DNA of 64,000 bases from an uncultured Pelagibacteraceae bacterium (GTDB taxonomy: Bacteria > Pseudomonadota > Alphaproteobacteria > Pelagibacterales > Pelagibacteraceae). The stretch lies in NCBI GenBank assembly GCA_902538525.1, contig CACBFA010000001.1, positions 60,250 through 124,249 of the forward strand. The letters are read 5' to 3'. A program made the translations under genes and the position numbers. This document shows, one piece after another, positions 29,824 through 40,385 of this stretch. Every line of letters starts with the position of its first letter. Position 1 is the first letter of the stretch. The notes under the pieces were generated by a model. The model made no database searches and was not told the origin of the DNA. It saw only the letters and a program-made list of their open reading frames with translations.

Positions 29824-31355
29824 TGGCTACTTCAAAATCTAATAATCAATCTATTTTAAAAAAATTCTTAGTTATCAACTTTATTGTTTTTTTAGTGATT
29901 GGTGTATTAACATTATTTTACCTTAACACAGTAAAACCTACGCTCATTAAAAATAAAACTGCCTCGCACATAAAAATTATTGATAATACAACTGAAAATA
30001 TTGATCGTTTAAAAATAAATTTCTCATCTGAAGATATTAGAGAGTTTCTGTTTTCCACTAAATTTTTATTTCAAAGTATAGATAGAGTACAGATATTTGA
30101 TAGTGAATTTAATCTATTAGGAGATACCGACACATTAGACTTAGATCCAAATGCTTTCTCAAGAAGTCTAAACATAATTGAAATGAGTGACTTAAATAAT
30201 CAAAGTATTCAAAATAAGAATTTGGAAGAGAGCAATAAAAGCTTTGAAAGTAAAGAAATATTTGAAGATTTAAAAAAGTACTCATATTCATCAGATTATG
30301 GAAAACCGTTAACTTACTCTAAAGAAAACTATGATCAATTTTTATTAGTAACTGTTAAAAATGTAGTCAGTGAAAACAAAACATTAGGCTATTTAGCTAT
30401 TACTGAAAATGCCAATGAAATAAAGGTTGCAATAGATGAAAGAAGAAATTTTATAATCAGAACTGCTTTGCTTGTCGCATTAGTAATTTTAATTTTTTCA
30501 TATGTATTAAATAGATACTTTTTAAAACCAATTAAAAATTTGGTTCAATATACAAATATTATAAAAAACAAAAGTAAGGAAAAGACCAATATTGGAAATA
30601 TAAAAAAAAGAAATGATGAATTGGGAAAATTATCAAATTCTCTTGATGAAATGACTAATGAATTAAACAAAAGAATTGCTACAGCAGAAAATTATTCAAC
30701 AGATCTTTTGCATGAAATCAGAAATCCTTTAGCATCTCTAAAAAGTGCCTCTGAGATAATTTCTGAAACAAATGATAAATCTCAAAGAAACAAATTAATT
30801 AATATAGTATCACATGACGTAGAGAGAATTGAAAGATTAATAACTGATTACTCTCAAATGTTGAGAGATGAGGCTGCAATTTCCTCTGAGAAAATGCAAA
30901 AATTAAATTTAAAAGAGATTGCGCAATCTGTTGTTGACGATTTTAACAGTATCTATGAAACAAAAAAATCGATTGGAATTAAATTGAAATCTAATGGAAT
31001 TAAAAATTATAGTATCTTAGGGATAGAAAATAGAATTGAACAAATTATTGCAAACTTATTGGAAAACTCAATTTCTTTTAGTGAAAATAATCAAGAAATT
31101 ACCGTTGAAATATCAAAAGATAAAAATGACAAAATTAAATTAGTTGTCGTTGATCAGGGATCTGGATTTAGTGAAAAGGATACAAATAAGATATTTAATA
31201 GATTTTATAGTAATAGACCTGAAAACTTTGGAGAACATTCGGGTTTGGGATTAAATATTGTCAAAAACTTAGTTGAAATTCATGGTGGTGAAATCAACGC
31301 ATCTAATAATAAAGATAAAGGGGCAAGAATTGAAATAATTTTCCCAGAAGCATAA
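29823..31355 (+). CDS. chvG: Sensor histidine kinase ChvG
   Basis: Two TMs, HAMP, HEIRNPLASL, NLLENSISFS, RFYSNRP, HSGLGL; coupled to chvI. Confidence 0.9.
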   Translation: MATSKSNNQSILKKFLVINFIVFLVIGVLTLFYLNTVKPTLIKNKTASHIKIIDNTTENIDRLKINFSSEDIREFLFSTKFLFQSIDRVQIFDSEFNLLGDTDTLDLDPNAFSRSLNIIEMSDLNNQSIQNKNLEESNKSFESKEIFEDLKKYSYSSDYGKPLTYSKENYDQFLLVTVKNVVSENKTLGYLAITENANEIKVAIDERRNFIIRTALLVALVILIFSYVLNRYFLKPIKNLVQYTNIIKNKSKEKTNIGNIKKRNDELGKLSNSLDEMTNELNKRIATAENYSTDLLHEIRNPLASLKSASEIISETNDKSQRNKLINIVSHDVERIERLITDYSQMLRDEAAISSEKMQKLNLKEIAQSVVDDFNSIYETKKSIGIKLKSNGIKNYSILGIENRIEQIIANLLENSISFSENNQEITVEISKDKNDKIKLVVVDQGSGFSEKDTNKIFNRFYSNRPENFGEHSGLGLNIVKNLVEIHGGEINASNNKDKGARIEIIFPEA

Positions 31356-31399
31356 ATCTTTGTTGATATATTAAGTGAAATTGTTAAAAGCCTCTTTCT

Positions 31400-32686
31400 A
31401 TGGAAGATTTTAAAGTAAAAGATATATCGCAAGCGGAATTTGGAAGAAAAGAAATTTCACTAGCTGAAACTGAAATGCCAGGATTAATGGCTCTTAGAGA
31501 AGAATATAAGGGTAAAAAACCTTTAAATGGAGCTCGGATTGTTGGTTGTTTACACATGACAATACAAACAGCTGTCTTAATAGAAACTTTAGTTGAGTTA
31601 GGAGCCGAAGTAAGATGGTCCTCATGTAATATTTTTTCGACACAAGACCATGCAGCAGCAGCAATTGCAAAAGCTGGCATACCTGTATTTGCTTGGAAAG
31701 GCGAAACAGAAGAAGAATATTGGTGGTGTGTAAAGCAAACTATCGAAGGAAAAGATGGCTGGAAACCAAATATGATACTTGATGATGGTGGCGATCTTAC
31801 AGCATTGATGCACAAAGATTATAAAGAATTATTAAATGATGTTAAAGGTTTATCAGAAGAGACAACTACAGGAGTTTTAGCATTAAAAAAAATGGAAAGT
31901 GAAGGCAATTTACTTGTCCCAGCAATAAATGTTAATGACTCAGTAACAAAATCTAAGTTTGATAATTTATATGGTTGCAGAGAAAGTTTAGTTGATGGAA
32001 TTAAAAGAGCTACTGACGTCATGATGTCAGGTAAGGTAGCTATTGTAGCTGGATTTGGAGATGTTGGAAAGGGAAGCGCTGCTTCTCTTCGTCAAAGCGG
32101 TGCAAGAGTTATGGTTACAGAAACAGACCCAATTTGTGCTCTCCAAGCTGCAATGGAAGGTTATGAAGTAGTCTTAATGGATGAGATGATAAAAGAAGCC
32201 GACATTGTTGTTACTGCAACAGGAAATAAAGATATTGTGACAGCTGATCATATGAGAGAAATGAAAGATAGAGCAATTCTATGCAATATCGGTCACTTTG
32301 ATAATGAGATTCAAGTAGACGCTCTTAAAAATTATAAATGGGATGAAATTAAACCACAAGTTCATGAAATTACATTGCCGGGTGGTAAAAGAATTATTTT
32401 ATTAGCAGAAGGTAGATTGGTTAATCTTGGATGTGCAACAGGACACCCAAGTTTTGTAATGAGTGCTTCTTTTACAAATCAAGTAACAGCTCAGATAGAA
32501 TTATGGAATAACTCAGATAAGTATGAGAAAAAAGTATATGTTTTACCTAAACATTTAGATGAGAAAGTAGCCAGACTTCATTTAGAAAAAGTTGGAGCTA
32601 AATTAACCAAATTATCAGATGATCAAGCAAAATATATAAGTGTAACACCAGAAGGACCTTATAAACCAGATGCCTATCGCTACTAA
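31400..32686 (+). CDS. ahcY: Adenosylhomocysteinase (short form lacking the ~40-aa insert)
   Basis: [56 protein letters not shown]. Confidence 0.98.
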   Translation: MEDFKVKDISQAEFGRKEISLAETEMPGLMALREEYKGKKPLNGARIVGCLHMTIQTAVLIETLVELGAEVRWSSCNIFSTQDHAAAAIAKAGIPVFAWKGETEEEYWWCVKQTIEGKDGWKPNMILDDGGDLTALMHKDYKELLNDVKGLSEETTTGVLALKKMESEGNLLVPAINVNDSVTKSKFDNLYGCRESLVDGIKRATDVMMSGKVAIVAGFGDVGKGSAASLRQSGARVMVTETDPICALQAAMEGYEVVLMDEMIKEADIVVTATGNKDIVTADHMREMKDRAILCNIGHFDNEIQVDALKNYKWDEIKPQVHEITLPGGKRIILLAEGRLVNLGCATGHPSFVMSASFTNQVTAQIELWNNSDKYEKKVYVLPKHLDEKVARLHLEKVGAKLTKLSDDQAKYISVTPEGPYKPDAYRY

Positions 32687-33152
32687 AAGTAGCAAAATAG
32701 ATATTTCAAGAGAAATTATCACACAAAAAATTGCTGAAAAAATTGCAAGTAAAGTTAGCAAGAATACAACTTTGCTTTTTTATGGAAACATCGGAGTAGG
32801 TAAGACTACATTTATTAGATATCTAATCAATTATCTTCAAACAAAAAATGGTTTAGAAAAAACAGAAATACCTAGTCCAACTTTTAATATTATAAATGAA
32901 TATGAGATTAATTCGTTGGTTGTTAGACATTTTGATCTTTATAGAATTAAAGATAAAAAAGAATTAAATAACTTAGGAATTAATGAAAACTTAGAAGATT
33001 ATACTAGATTAATTGAATGGCCTGAAATCTTAGGTAAAAATATAGAAAGTACTTTTACATTAAAATTTGAATATGATGAAAAGCTTGAAAATAGGTACTT
33101 AATTATATCTAATAATATTGATTTTGATTTTAATGAATTTGAAAAAATTTAA
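32670..33152 (+). CDS. tsaE: tRNA threonylcarbamoyladenosine ATPase TsaE
   Basis: [28 protein letters not shown]. Confidence 0.93.
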   Translation: MPIATKSSKIDISREIITQKIAEKIASKVSKNTTLLFYGNIGVGKTTFIRYLINYLQTKNGLEKTEIPSPTFNIINEYEINSLVVRHFDLYRIKDKKELNNLGINENLEDYTRLIEWPEILGKNIESTFTLKFEYDEKLENRYLIISNNIDFDFNEFEKI

Positions 33153-34071
33153 AAAATTATCAGGAGATGCATCTTTTAGACAATTTTATAGAACAAATAA
33201 TTCAGTATTAGTTTATAGCAAAATTCAAAAGCGATCAAACCTGTTAGATTATGATGCAGTTAATAAAATATTGATTAAAAATAAAATATTAGCACCTGGT
33301 TTAATTAGTCAAAATTATAAAAAAAATTTTATAGAAATTGAGGATTTCGGCAATAAAAACATGTTGGATAAAATTAAATCCTCAAAAACTAAATTAAATG
33401 AATACAAAAAAATACTAAAAATTTTATACCAAATTCAAAAAATTAAAAATTTTAAAACTCAAAATTTTCTTAAAAAAAAATTTAATTTATCGAACTATTC
33501 AAAAGTTAAAATACTTAAAGAGTCATACCTTTTTTTGGATTGGTACTTATCAGCAAATAAATTAATTGTTCAAAAGGGATATTTAAAAAAAAATTTAAAA
33601 AAAATAATAGATAATTTGTATTTAAATTTAAAAATCAAACACAAAGTGTTTGTACATAGAGATTTTCACGTCTCAAACATGATGTTTTATAAAAATAAAA
33701 TTGCTATAATAGATAGTCAAGATGCTGTCCTTGGCAATCCAGCATATGATTTGGCTTCACTTATAGATGATGTAAGAATTAAAACTTCAAATAGTTTTAA
33801 GTCAAATATTTTAAAAGTATTTCTTAGTAAATTTAAGTATAAAAATGAATCTCAATTTATTAATGATTTTGAAATTTTATCTGTTTTAAGAAATCTAAAA
33901 ATAATTGGTATATTCACAAGACTTGCGAAAAGAGATAAAAAAAGAAAATATCTAAAATTAATACCTTATGCGTGGAAATTAATCGATAATCGTATTAAAA
34001 ATAATCCAAATTTTCATGATTTAAAAAATTTTCTACAAAAAAATCCAAGAATAAAAAAATATGAAAATTAA
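33133..34071 (+). CDS. amgK: Anomeric MurNAc/GlcNAc kinase (APH-like)
   Basis: LSGDASFRQFYR, HRDFHVSN, IDSQDA..G..AYDLASL, RNLKIIGIF.RL..RD.K..Y; tsaE-amgK-murU synteny. Confidence 0.85.
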   Translation: MNLKKFKKLSGDASFRQFYRTNNSVLVYSKIQKRSNLLDYDAVNKILIKNKILAPGLISQNYKKNFIEIEDFGNKNMLDKIKSSKTKLNEYKKILKILYQIQKIKNFKTQNFLKKKFNLSNYSKVKILKESYLFLDWYLSANKLIVQKGYLKKNLKKIIDNLYLNLKIKHKVFVHRDFHVSNMMFYKNKIAIIDSQDAVLGNPAYDLASLIDDVRIKTSNSFKSNILKVFLSKFKYKNESQFINDFEILSVLRNLKIIGIFTRLAKRDKKRKYLKLIPYAWKLIDNRIKNNPNFHDLKNFLQKNPRIKKYEN

Positions 34072-34753
34072 AACAGCAATAATTTTATGTGCAGGATTTG
34101 GAAAAAGATTAATGCCATTAACTGAGAAAACACCAAAACCACTCTTAAAAATTAATGAGATTAGCTTATTAGAAAATACTATAAACTTAATAAAAGTATT
34201 AGAAATAAAATCTTTAAAAATTAATACTTTCTATTTAAGTGATAAAATAAAAGATTTCATTTTTTCAAATAATTTTGGTTTAGAAATTCAAATTATAGAA
34301 GATGGTACAGAAATATTAGATACAGGGGGCGGTATTTTAAATGTAGTAAATAATTCAGTTGAAACAGATTTTATAGTTTTTAATCCTGATACAATTTGGA
34401 ACGCTGAATATGCAAATGAAATTAAGCAGATGGAAAATATATATTTTAAAAATAACTTAGAAAATATTTTAATGATTGTAAAAAAAGATTTAAGTTTTGA
34501 TAAAAGATTTAAAGGCGATTTCTCTCTGGATGGTAATAATTTAAAAAAGAACAATGATAAAAATTATATTTATACAGGGTGTCAAATTATAAATAAAAAA
34601 ATATTTAAAAATTTATCAAAAAAAATATTTTCAATGAATGAGATTTGGGATAATTACATTAAAAAAGAAAATTTGCATGGTTTCGAGAGTAGTATTGAGT
34701 TTCTTCATTTAACAGATAAAGATATTTACGAAAAACTTCTTCAAAAAGGTTAG
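34061..34753 (+). CDS. murU: MurNAc-alpha-1-P uridylyltransferase
   Basis: AIILCAGFGKRLMPLT..TPKPLL, LDTGGG; follows amgK. Confidence 0.82.
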   Translation: MKIKTAIILCAGFGKRLMPLTEKTPKPLLKINEISLLENTINLIKVLEIKSLKINTFYLSDKIKDFIFSNNFGLEIQIIEDGTEILDTGGGILNVVNNSVETDFIVFNPDTIWNAEYANEIKQMENIYFKNNLENILMIVKKDLSFDKRFKGDFSLDGNNLKKNNDKNYIYTGCQIINKKIFKNLSKKIFSMNEIWDNYIKKENLHGFESSIEFLHLTDKDIYEKLLQKG

Positions 34754-35460
34754 AATTTAATTAAATCCCTAGATCTACTCTGATCTAGGTATTTAGCCTC
34801 TTTTATATTCTTTTTTTCAAATTTCAAAAGTAGAGGATTTCCTGTTGGTATTTCAAGTTTAGAAATTTCATTGTCATCAATTTTAAATAAATATTTTAAA
34901 AGTGATCTAATAGAATTACCATGAGCAGATATAATTATATTATCCTGCAAATTTTTCTCTATGTTTTTAACAAAATAGGGCACAACTCTTTCATAAGTAT
35001 CTTTAAGAGACTCTGTATCTGGAATTAGGTTACGGGGTATATCATTGTAAATACTTATATTTTTTGGATGGTATGGACTATTTATATTTAAAGGTTTTGG
35101 CGGATTATCCCAAGATCTTCTGAATTTATGAACTTCATCTTCTCCTAGTTTTTTTTTCATTTCATCTTTATTTAATCCTGTAAGTGATCCGTAGTGCCTT
35201 TCATTTAATTGCCAAGCCCTAATTATATTATTTGGTTTTACTCTAATTGTATTTAAAATAAGTTTTAAAGTATCAATGGATCTTAGTTGATAAGAAGTAT
35301 AAAAATGATTTATTTCTAAATTTAATTTTTTTATGAATTCACCGGCTTTACAAGCTTCTAATTTACCTTGTGGTGCGAGTTCAACGTCGACCCATCCTGT
35401 AAATTTATTTTCTAAATTCCATTCGCTTTGACCATGTCTAACAAGTATTAAGTGACTCAT
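34750..35460 (-). CDS. gpmA: 2,3-bisphosphoglycerate-dependent phosphoglycerate mutase
   Basis: LVRHGQSEWN..N.FTGW.D, LNERHYG.L.G, AHGNSIR, EIPTG. Confidence 0.96.
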   Translation of the reverse strand: MSHLILVRHGQSEWNLENKFTGWVDVELAPQGKLEACKAGEFIKKLNLEINHFYTSYQLRSIDTLKLILNTIRVKPNNIIRAWQLNERHYGSLTGLNKDEMKKKLGEDEVHKFRRSWDNPPKPLNINSPYHPKNISIYNDIPRNLIPDTESLKDTYERVVPYFVKNIEKNLQDNIIISAHGNSIRSLLKYLFKIDDNEISKLEIPTGNPLLLKFEKKNIKEAKYLDQSRSRDLIKF

Positions 35461-35486
35461 TTGTGAGAATTTAATATAGATTAACT

Positions 35487-35858
35487 ATGAATTACATAAA
35501 GCAGTTTTTTTATTTTCTGAACTTAATTTTATTCCTTTTTTACTTATATCCAGGAAGTATTTTAGGTTATATTTTCTATGGAAATTTTAAAACTCAGCCA
35601 CAAATAACTGGAGATTTTGTAGTATCGTCAAATCACGTTTATGTTTTTTTTATTCTATCAATTATAGGATTTTACGTTTTTAAACATAAACTAAAAAATA
35701 TCATTATATATTTAATTTCAATTTCAATTATTTTAGAATTTTTACATTTAATAATTCCACAAAGAACATTTGAAATAGCCGATTTGTTTGGTAATATAAT
35801 AGGTGTACTTATATCATTTTTAGTTTTTAAAATAATTTATAAAGGTAGATTGCAATGA
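35487..35858 (+). CDS. VanZ-like small membrane protein
   Basis: Hydrophobic; LEFLHLIIPQRTFEIADLFGNIIG resembles VanZ E..Q...P.R.F...D...N..G. Confidence 0.7.
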   Translation: MNYIKQFFYFLNLILFLFYLYPGSILGYIFYGNFKTQPQITGDFVVSSNHVYVFFILSIIGFYVFKHKLKNIIIYLISISIILEFLHLIIPQRTFEIADLFGNIIGVLISFLVFKIIYKGRLQ

Positions 35859-36163
35859 GTTCATTCGATGAAAGAAAAAAAGGTTTTGAAAAAAAATTTG
35901 CTCATGATGAGGAAAAACAATTTAAAATTAATGCAAGAAAAAATAAATATTTAGGAGAGTGGGCCTCACAAATTCTGGGATATGATGAGGAAAAAAAAAA
36001 TCAATATATTCAAGATGTAATTAAAGCTGATTTTGCTGAGGCAGGTGATGAAGATGTCTATAGAAAGCTTTATGGAGATTTAAAAGACAAAAATATATCC
36101 GAAGATCAAATTAGAAAAAAAATGCAAGAATGTAATGAAAAAGCAACTACTGAAGTTAGTTAG
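35855..36163 (+). CDS. ATP synthase inhibitor subunit zeta (DUF1476)
   Basis: MSSFDERKKGFEKKFAHDEEKQFKINARKNK..G.W, ADF.EAGDEDV.RK. Confidence 0.9.
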   Translation: MSSFDERKKGFEKKFAHDEEKQFKINARKNKYLGEWASQILGYDEEKKNQYIQDVIKADFAEAGDEDVYRKLYGDLKDKNISEDQIRKKMQECNEKATTEVS

Positions 36164-36647
36164 TTTTCTATTTTTATTTACATTTGTAGGAACAAATTAT
36201 TTACTATCAGAAACAATACTAATTTCAGATAAAATTAAAATAATTGATGGTGACACAATTTTATTAGATAATAAAAAAATTCGCTTTTCAGGAATAGATG
36301 CCCCAGAAACTAAATTTAAAGGAAAGCAACAGTTTTGCTCAAAAAATAAAAAAAAAATTAAATGTGGAAAAATTTCAAAAAATTTTCTTACAAAAAAAAT
36401 TATAAATAAAAAATTAAAATGTCTAATCGAGCCCCAAAAAGACTATTTTGGTAGGTATTTAGGAGAGTGTTTTATCAATAATGAGAGTGTTTCAGCTTAT
36501 ATGGTAAGAAATGGATTAGCCTTTGATTATCCAAAATATTCTAAAAAAAAATATTTTAAAGATCAAATTTATGCAAAAAACAATAAGTTGGGCTTATGGA
36601 GTATGGAATTTGATTATCCATGGATATGGAGAAAAAATAATAGATAA
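36135..36647 (+). CDS. Exported thermonuclease (SNase family)
   Basis: Signal/TM, IIDGDTI, IRFSGIDAPE, D.FGR, GLW. Confidence 0.9.
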   Translation: MKKQLLKLVSFLFLFTFVGTNYLLSETILISDKIKIIDGDTILLDNKKIRFSGIDAPETKFKGKQQFCSKNKKKIKCGKISKNFLTKKIINKKLKCLIEPQKDYFGRYLGECFINNESVSAYMVRNGLAFDYPKYSKKKYFKDQIYAKNNKLGLWSMEFDYPWIWRKNNR

Positions 36648-36660
36648 TTTATATTAAATC

Positions 36661-37260
36661 GTGTTTATTTCTAGAAATTATTTTTTAGTTTTTGGTCTCT
36701 TATTTTTAACTGCTTGTTCATCGATACCTCAAAATACATCAGATGGCTGTTCAATATTTTCTGAGAGATATCTTTGGTATAAACATGCAAAAAAAACTGA
36801 AAAAAAGTGGGGGACACCAATCAACTTACAATTAGCAATAATAAAAATGGAATCTGATTTTGATTGGCTCGCTAAGCCTGCTCGTCAAAAATTATTTAAA
36901 ATTATACCTTATAAAAGACCCTCTAGTTCATTTGGATACTCACAAGCTATCAAAGGTACTTGGAAACAATATAAAGATGAGACTGGAAATAAGTATGCTT
37001 TAAGAACTAGATTTAAAGATAGTGTTGATTTTATTGGCTGGTATACAAATAAAACAGAAAAAATTTTAAAAGTTTCAAAAAAAGATGCTTTCAGACAATA
37101 TATTGCTTATCATGAAGGTTGGGGAAATTATAAAAATTATAAAAGTAATCAGAAAGTTATAGTATTAGCAAAAAAAGTGGAGGGATATTCAAATAAATTC
37201 AAGAAACAGCTTAATAAATGTAGTAAATCTTTAACTACTAGAAAATATATTATTTTTTAA
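36661..37260 (+). CDS. Lipoprotein with transglycosylase SLT-like domain
   Basis: Lipobox LTAC, IKMESDF (Glu), SSFGYSQA..GTW, AYHEGWG. Confidence 0.8.
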   Translation: MFISRNYFLVFGLLFLTACSSIPQNTSDGCSIFSERYLWYKHAKKTEKKWGTPINLQLAIIKMESDFDWLAKPARQKLFKIIPYKRPSSSFGYSQAIKGTWKQYKDETGNKYALRTRFKDSVDFIGWYTNKTEKILKVSKKDAFRQYIAYHEGWGNYKNYKSNQKVIVLAKKVEGYSNKFKKQLNKCSKSLTTRKYIIF

Positions 37261-40200
37261 TCAATTGCTTTTCTAGTTCCAGATCTACTGCATCTATTCT
37301 CTTTGTGTTTTTTGCTAGTGTTAAATACATAGTTGGCGTTACGTATAATGTAAAGAATGTAGAAATAATCATTCCACCAAAGATTGTTGATCCAACTGCT
37401 AATCTAGATGCCTCACCTGCGCCCGGACCTATGTTACCTACTATAAGAGGTAACATTGCAATCATGGTACTTAATGAAGTCATTATAATTGGTCTTATTC
37501 TTAATTTACAAGCTTCCATCAATGCTTCCTCAATTTTTGCACCTGTTGTTCGAATTTGATTAGTATAGTCAACGATAAGAATACTATTTTTGGTGGATAT
37601 ACCGATTAATATAATCAAGGCGATTTGTGAAAATATATTTATTGAACTATTTAGAAATAAAATGAATACAAGACCTCCAAAAACTGCAAGAGGCACAGTT
37701 AATATAATAATAAAAGGATGAACAAACGAATTAAAAGTAGCAGCCATTACTAAATATGCAGTTATTAATGCCAAAGCAAAAATAAGAAATATTTCGTTAC
37801 TTGTCTCCTTTAGTTCTTCGGACTTACCTTTCCAAGTTATTTGATTTTGAGGAGCAACTCTCAACATTACGTCTTCTAAATATTTTATAGCTTCAGACAA
37901 TGTATATTCTTCAGATAAAGCTGCCGATATAGTTACTGCTCGTTGTCTATTATATCTAGGTAATGACTCAGCAGTTCCTTTCTCTTCAAATTCTACCAAA
38001 CTTGCAACAGACACTAATTTTCCTGTAGTTTCAGATCTTACAAAAATCTTTGATAAGCCATCTTTATCTCTTCTATCCGCTAAATACTGCTGAAGAATAA
38101 TGGGGTATTCTCTTCCTTCTTTATTATATGTTGTAACCCTCTTTCCACCGTATAATGTTTCGAGAGTTCTACCAATATTTTCTATTGAAACTCCTAAATC
38201 GTTTGCTCGATTTTTATTTGTGATTAATTTTACTTCAGGTTTATTTTTTGTGTAATCACTTTCAATTCTAAACATATTTCTATTTCTTCTTAGTTCTCTT
38301 AAAACTTGACTTTGAATTTGTTCTAACTCTTCATAACTTGTTCCATAAATCACCATTTGAACTGGTTTATTATAGCTAGAAACTCTTATTGATTGAGGTG
38401 ATATAGGAAACGCAAACGTTTCAGGCACACTAACAACTTGTCCAATAGCTTCTCTTAAAACAACTTGTGTACTCTTTTCTCTATTTTTCCATTCATCTAA
38501 AAGTGCAATTATAATAAAGGTATTATATGAAGTTGCGGACTTACCAAAACCAGGTACCCTCATAATTAATCTTTGGTAAGGGCTGTCTTCTGCTTGTAAC
38601 AATTTTAATATTCTTCCCTCAATTATTTGGGCTTTTTCTTGTGTGTACTCGAATGAACTTCCTTCATCTGTAGAACCAATTATTAAATAAGCCCCTCTAT
38701 CTTCTAATGGTATCAATTCTTTTTTAGTAAAGTTAAATAAATAAACTGAAGCTGCAATTAATAGAATTATAAATATTGAAATTGTTTTCTGTTTATTAAT
38801 CCAAAATTTTAAGGTGTCGGTATAAAATTCTGTAAAAGATTTAAACCCATTATTGAATTTTTTTACAAAAAAATTAATTTTTTCTTTTTTATTTAAAAAC
38901 TTACTTCCTAACATTGGTGAAAGTGTTAAAGCCACAAATGAAGAAACAACTATTGAGAAAGATAGTGCTATTGCAGTTTCCTTAAACAAGGTACCAGCTA
39001 TGCCCTCAATAAAAATTAAAGGTAAAAAAACTGCAACTAAGATTAAAGTTGTAGCTATTATCGCAAATGTTATTTGTCTTGAGCCTTTATAAGCAGCTAC
39101 AAGTGGCGTCTCTCCTTTTTCAATTCTTGTATAAATTGCATCTGTCATTATTACAGAGTCATCAGTTATTATTCCAATTGCTAAAATAAAACTTAGGAGA
39201 ACAAATATATTTATAGAAAGATCAAATATATATAAACCTAAAAACGAACCAATTAAACTTACTGGCAAAGCTACAGCTGGTACAATTACAGCTTTTAGGT
39301 TTCCTAAAAATAAGTAAATTATTACCACGACCAAAATAAAAGCAATTATTAAACTTTTATAAACTTCCTGTATTGCAGTTCCTACGTAAGTTGCTCTATT
39401 AAATGCTATTTCTAACTTTAAACCATCTGGTAAAGATTGATTTAAAACGTTTATTTTCTCTTTAATTTGATTTGAAAGTTCGACAGTTGATGCTCCACTT
39501 TTTGCGTATATTCCAATCCCAACTGTTTTTAAATTAGCTGCATTTTTTCTTTGAGCTTTAAATAAAGTTTTCTCAGAAACTGGACCAAGCTCAACATTTG
39601 CAATATCAGAAAGGGTTGTGACTTTATCTTTGTTTTTCTTAAGAGGAAGCTGCTTGATTGTTTCAATGTTAGAGTAAGACTTATCAATATTAAGAGTTAA
39701 ATCTTTGTTACTAGCTTCTAAAGTTCCAGCAGGGATATTTATATTTTCATTTCTTAATGCTCTCTCGACTTCCTGAATAGTAAGATTATTGGCTGCTAAT
39801 TTGATAGGATCTACCCAAACTCTTACACTTAGCTCTCTTAATCCACCGACTAAAATTCTACCAACATTTGGTACACTTGAAAAAGCATCTATAAGATATC
39901 TTTCAGCATAGTCACCCAAATCTAAATCATTCCAAGTTGGTGACGATAGCGCAACCCACATTGTAGTTGTAAAACCTGCTGCTTGTTTCAAAATTTGAGG
40001 CGGGTTTGCTTGATCTGGCAAATTGTCCGCAACTCTTGATACTCTTTCTCTTATGTCATTTGCTGCATCATCTAAATCTATATCTGTATTAAAATAAATA
40101 TTTATTCTACTTCTTCCATTAAGTGAACTAGAGTCAATGTTCTTAATTCCTTCCGCTCCTCCTATAACATCTTCTATTTTTTGTGTTATCTCTTCATCAA

Positions 40201-40378
40201 CAATTTCAGCTGAAGCAGATTTATAATCGGTTTGTACCTGTACCACTGGAGGCTGAATACCATCTGGTAATTCCCTAACAGGTAATTCCCAAAATACAAA
40301 AATTCCAAAAATAATTAGTATCATTGACATTACCCATGCAACGACAGGTCTTTTAATACTAACTTCAGTTATATACAT
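37250..40378 (-). CDS. RND efflux transporter permease (AcrB-like)
   Basis: SIKRPV, IGIITDD proton-relay Asp pair, GISTKNSIL, RIRPIIMTS. Confidence 0.96.
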   Translation of the reverse strand: MYITEVSIKRPVVAWVMSMILIIFGIFVFWELPVRELPDGIQPPVVQVQTDYKSASAEIVDEEITQKIEDVIGGAEGIKNIDSSSLNGRSRINIYFNTDIDLDDAANDIRERVSRVADNLPDQANPPQILKQAAGFTTTMWVALSSPTWNDLDLGDYAERYLIDAFSSVPNVGRILVGGLRELSVRVWVDPIKLAANNLTIQEVERALRNENINIPAGTLEASNKDLTLNIDKSYSNIETIKQLPLKKNKDKVTTLSDIANVELGPVSEKTLFKAQRKNAANLKTVGIGIYAKSGASTVELSNQIKEKINVLNQSLPDGLKLEIAFNRATYVGTAIQEVYKSLIIAFILVVVIIYLFLGNLKAVIVPAVALPVSLIGSFLGLYIFDLSINIFVLLSFILAIGIITDDSVIMTDAIYTRIEKGETPLVAAYKGSRQITFAIIATTLILVAVFLPLIFIEGIAGTLFKETAIALSFSIVVSSFVALTLSPMLGSKFLNKKEKINFFVKKFNNGFKSFTEFYTDTLKFWINKQKTISIFIILLIAASVYLFNFTKKELIPLEDRGAYLIIGSTDEGSSFEYTQEKAQIIEGRILKLLQAEDSPYQRLIMRVPGFGKSATSYNTFIIIALLDEWKNREKSTQVVLREAIGQVVSVPETFAFPISPQSIRVSSYNKPVQMVIYGTSYEELEQIQSQVLRELRRNRNMFRIESDYTKNKPEVKLITNKNRANDLGVSIENIGRTLETLYGGKRVTTYNKEGREYPIILQQYLADRRDKDGLSKIFVRSETTGKLVSVASLVEFEEKGTAESLPRYNRQRAVTISAALSEEYTLSEAIKYLEDVMLRVAPQNQITWKGKSEELKETSNEIFLIFALALITAYLVMAATFNSFVHPFIIILTVPLAVFGGLVFILFLNSSINIFSQIALIILIGISTKNSILIVDYTNQIRTTGAKIEEALMEACKLRIRPIIMTSLSTMIAMLPLIVGNIGPGAGEASRLAVGSTIFGGMIISTFFTLYVTPTMYLTLAKNTKRIDAVDLELEKQLIKK

Positions 40379-40385
40379 GTATTAA

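Noticed and set aside
31356-31399. SAH or SAM-SAH riboswitch upstream of ahcY
   Set aside because: Only 44 AT-rich bp, enough for a promoter; no aptamer motifs.
33133-33152. Programmed frameshift recreating the TsaE-AmgK fusion seen in some alphaproteobacteria
   Set aside because: amgK is in the +1 frame with its own ATG, and no stimulatory structure is visible; split genes are the simpler reading.
10915-34753. Very Lys/AT-rich genes (hisC, tyrC, aguAB, amgK, murU) as a horizontally acquired island
   Set aside because: Most are in conserved alphaproteobacterial synteny with no integrase, tRNA or flanking repeats; the composition fits lowly expressed genes in an AT-biased genome.
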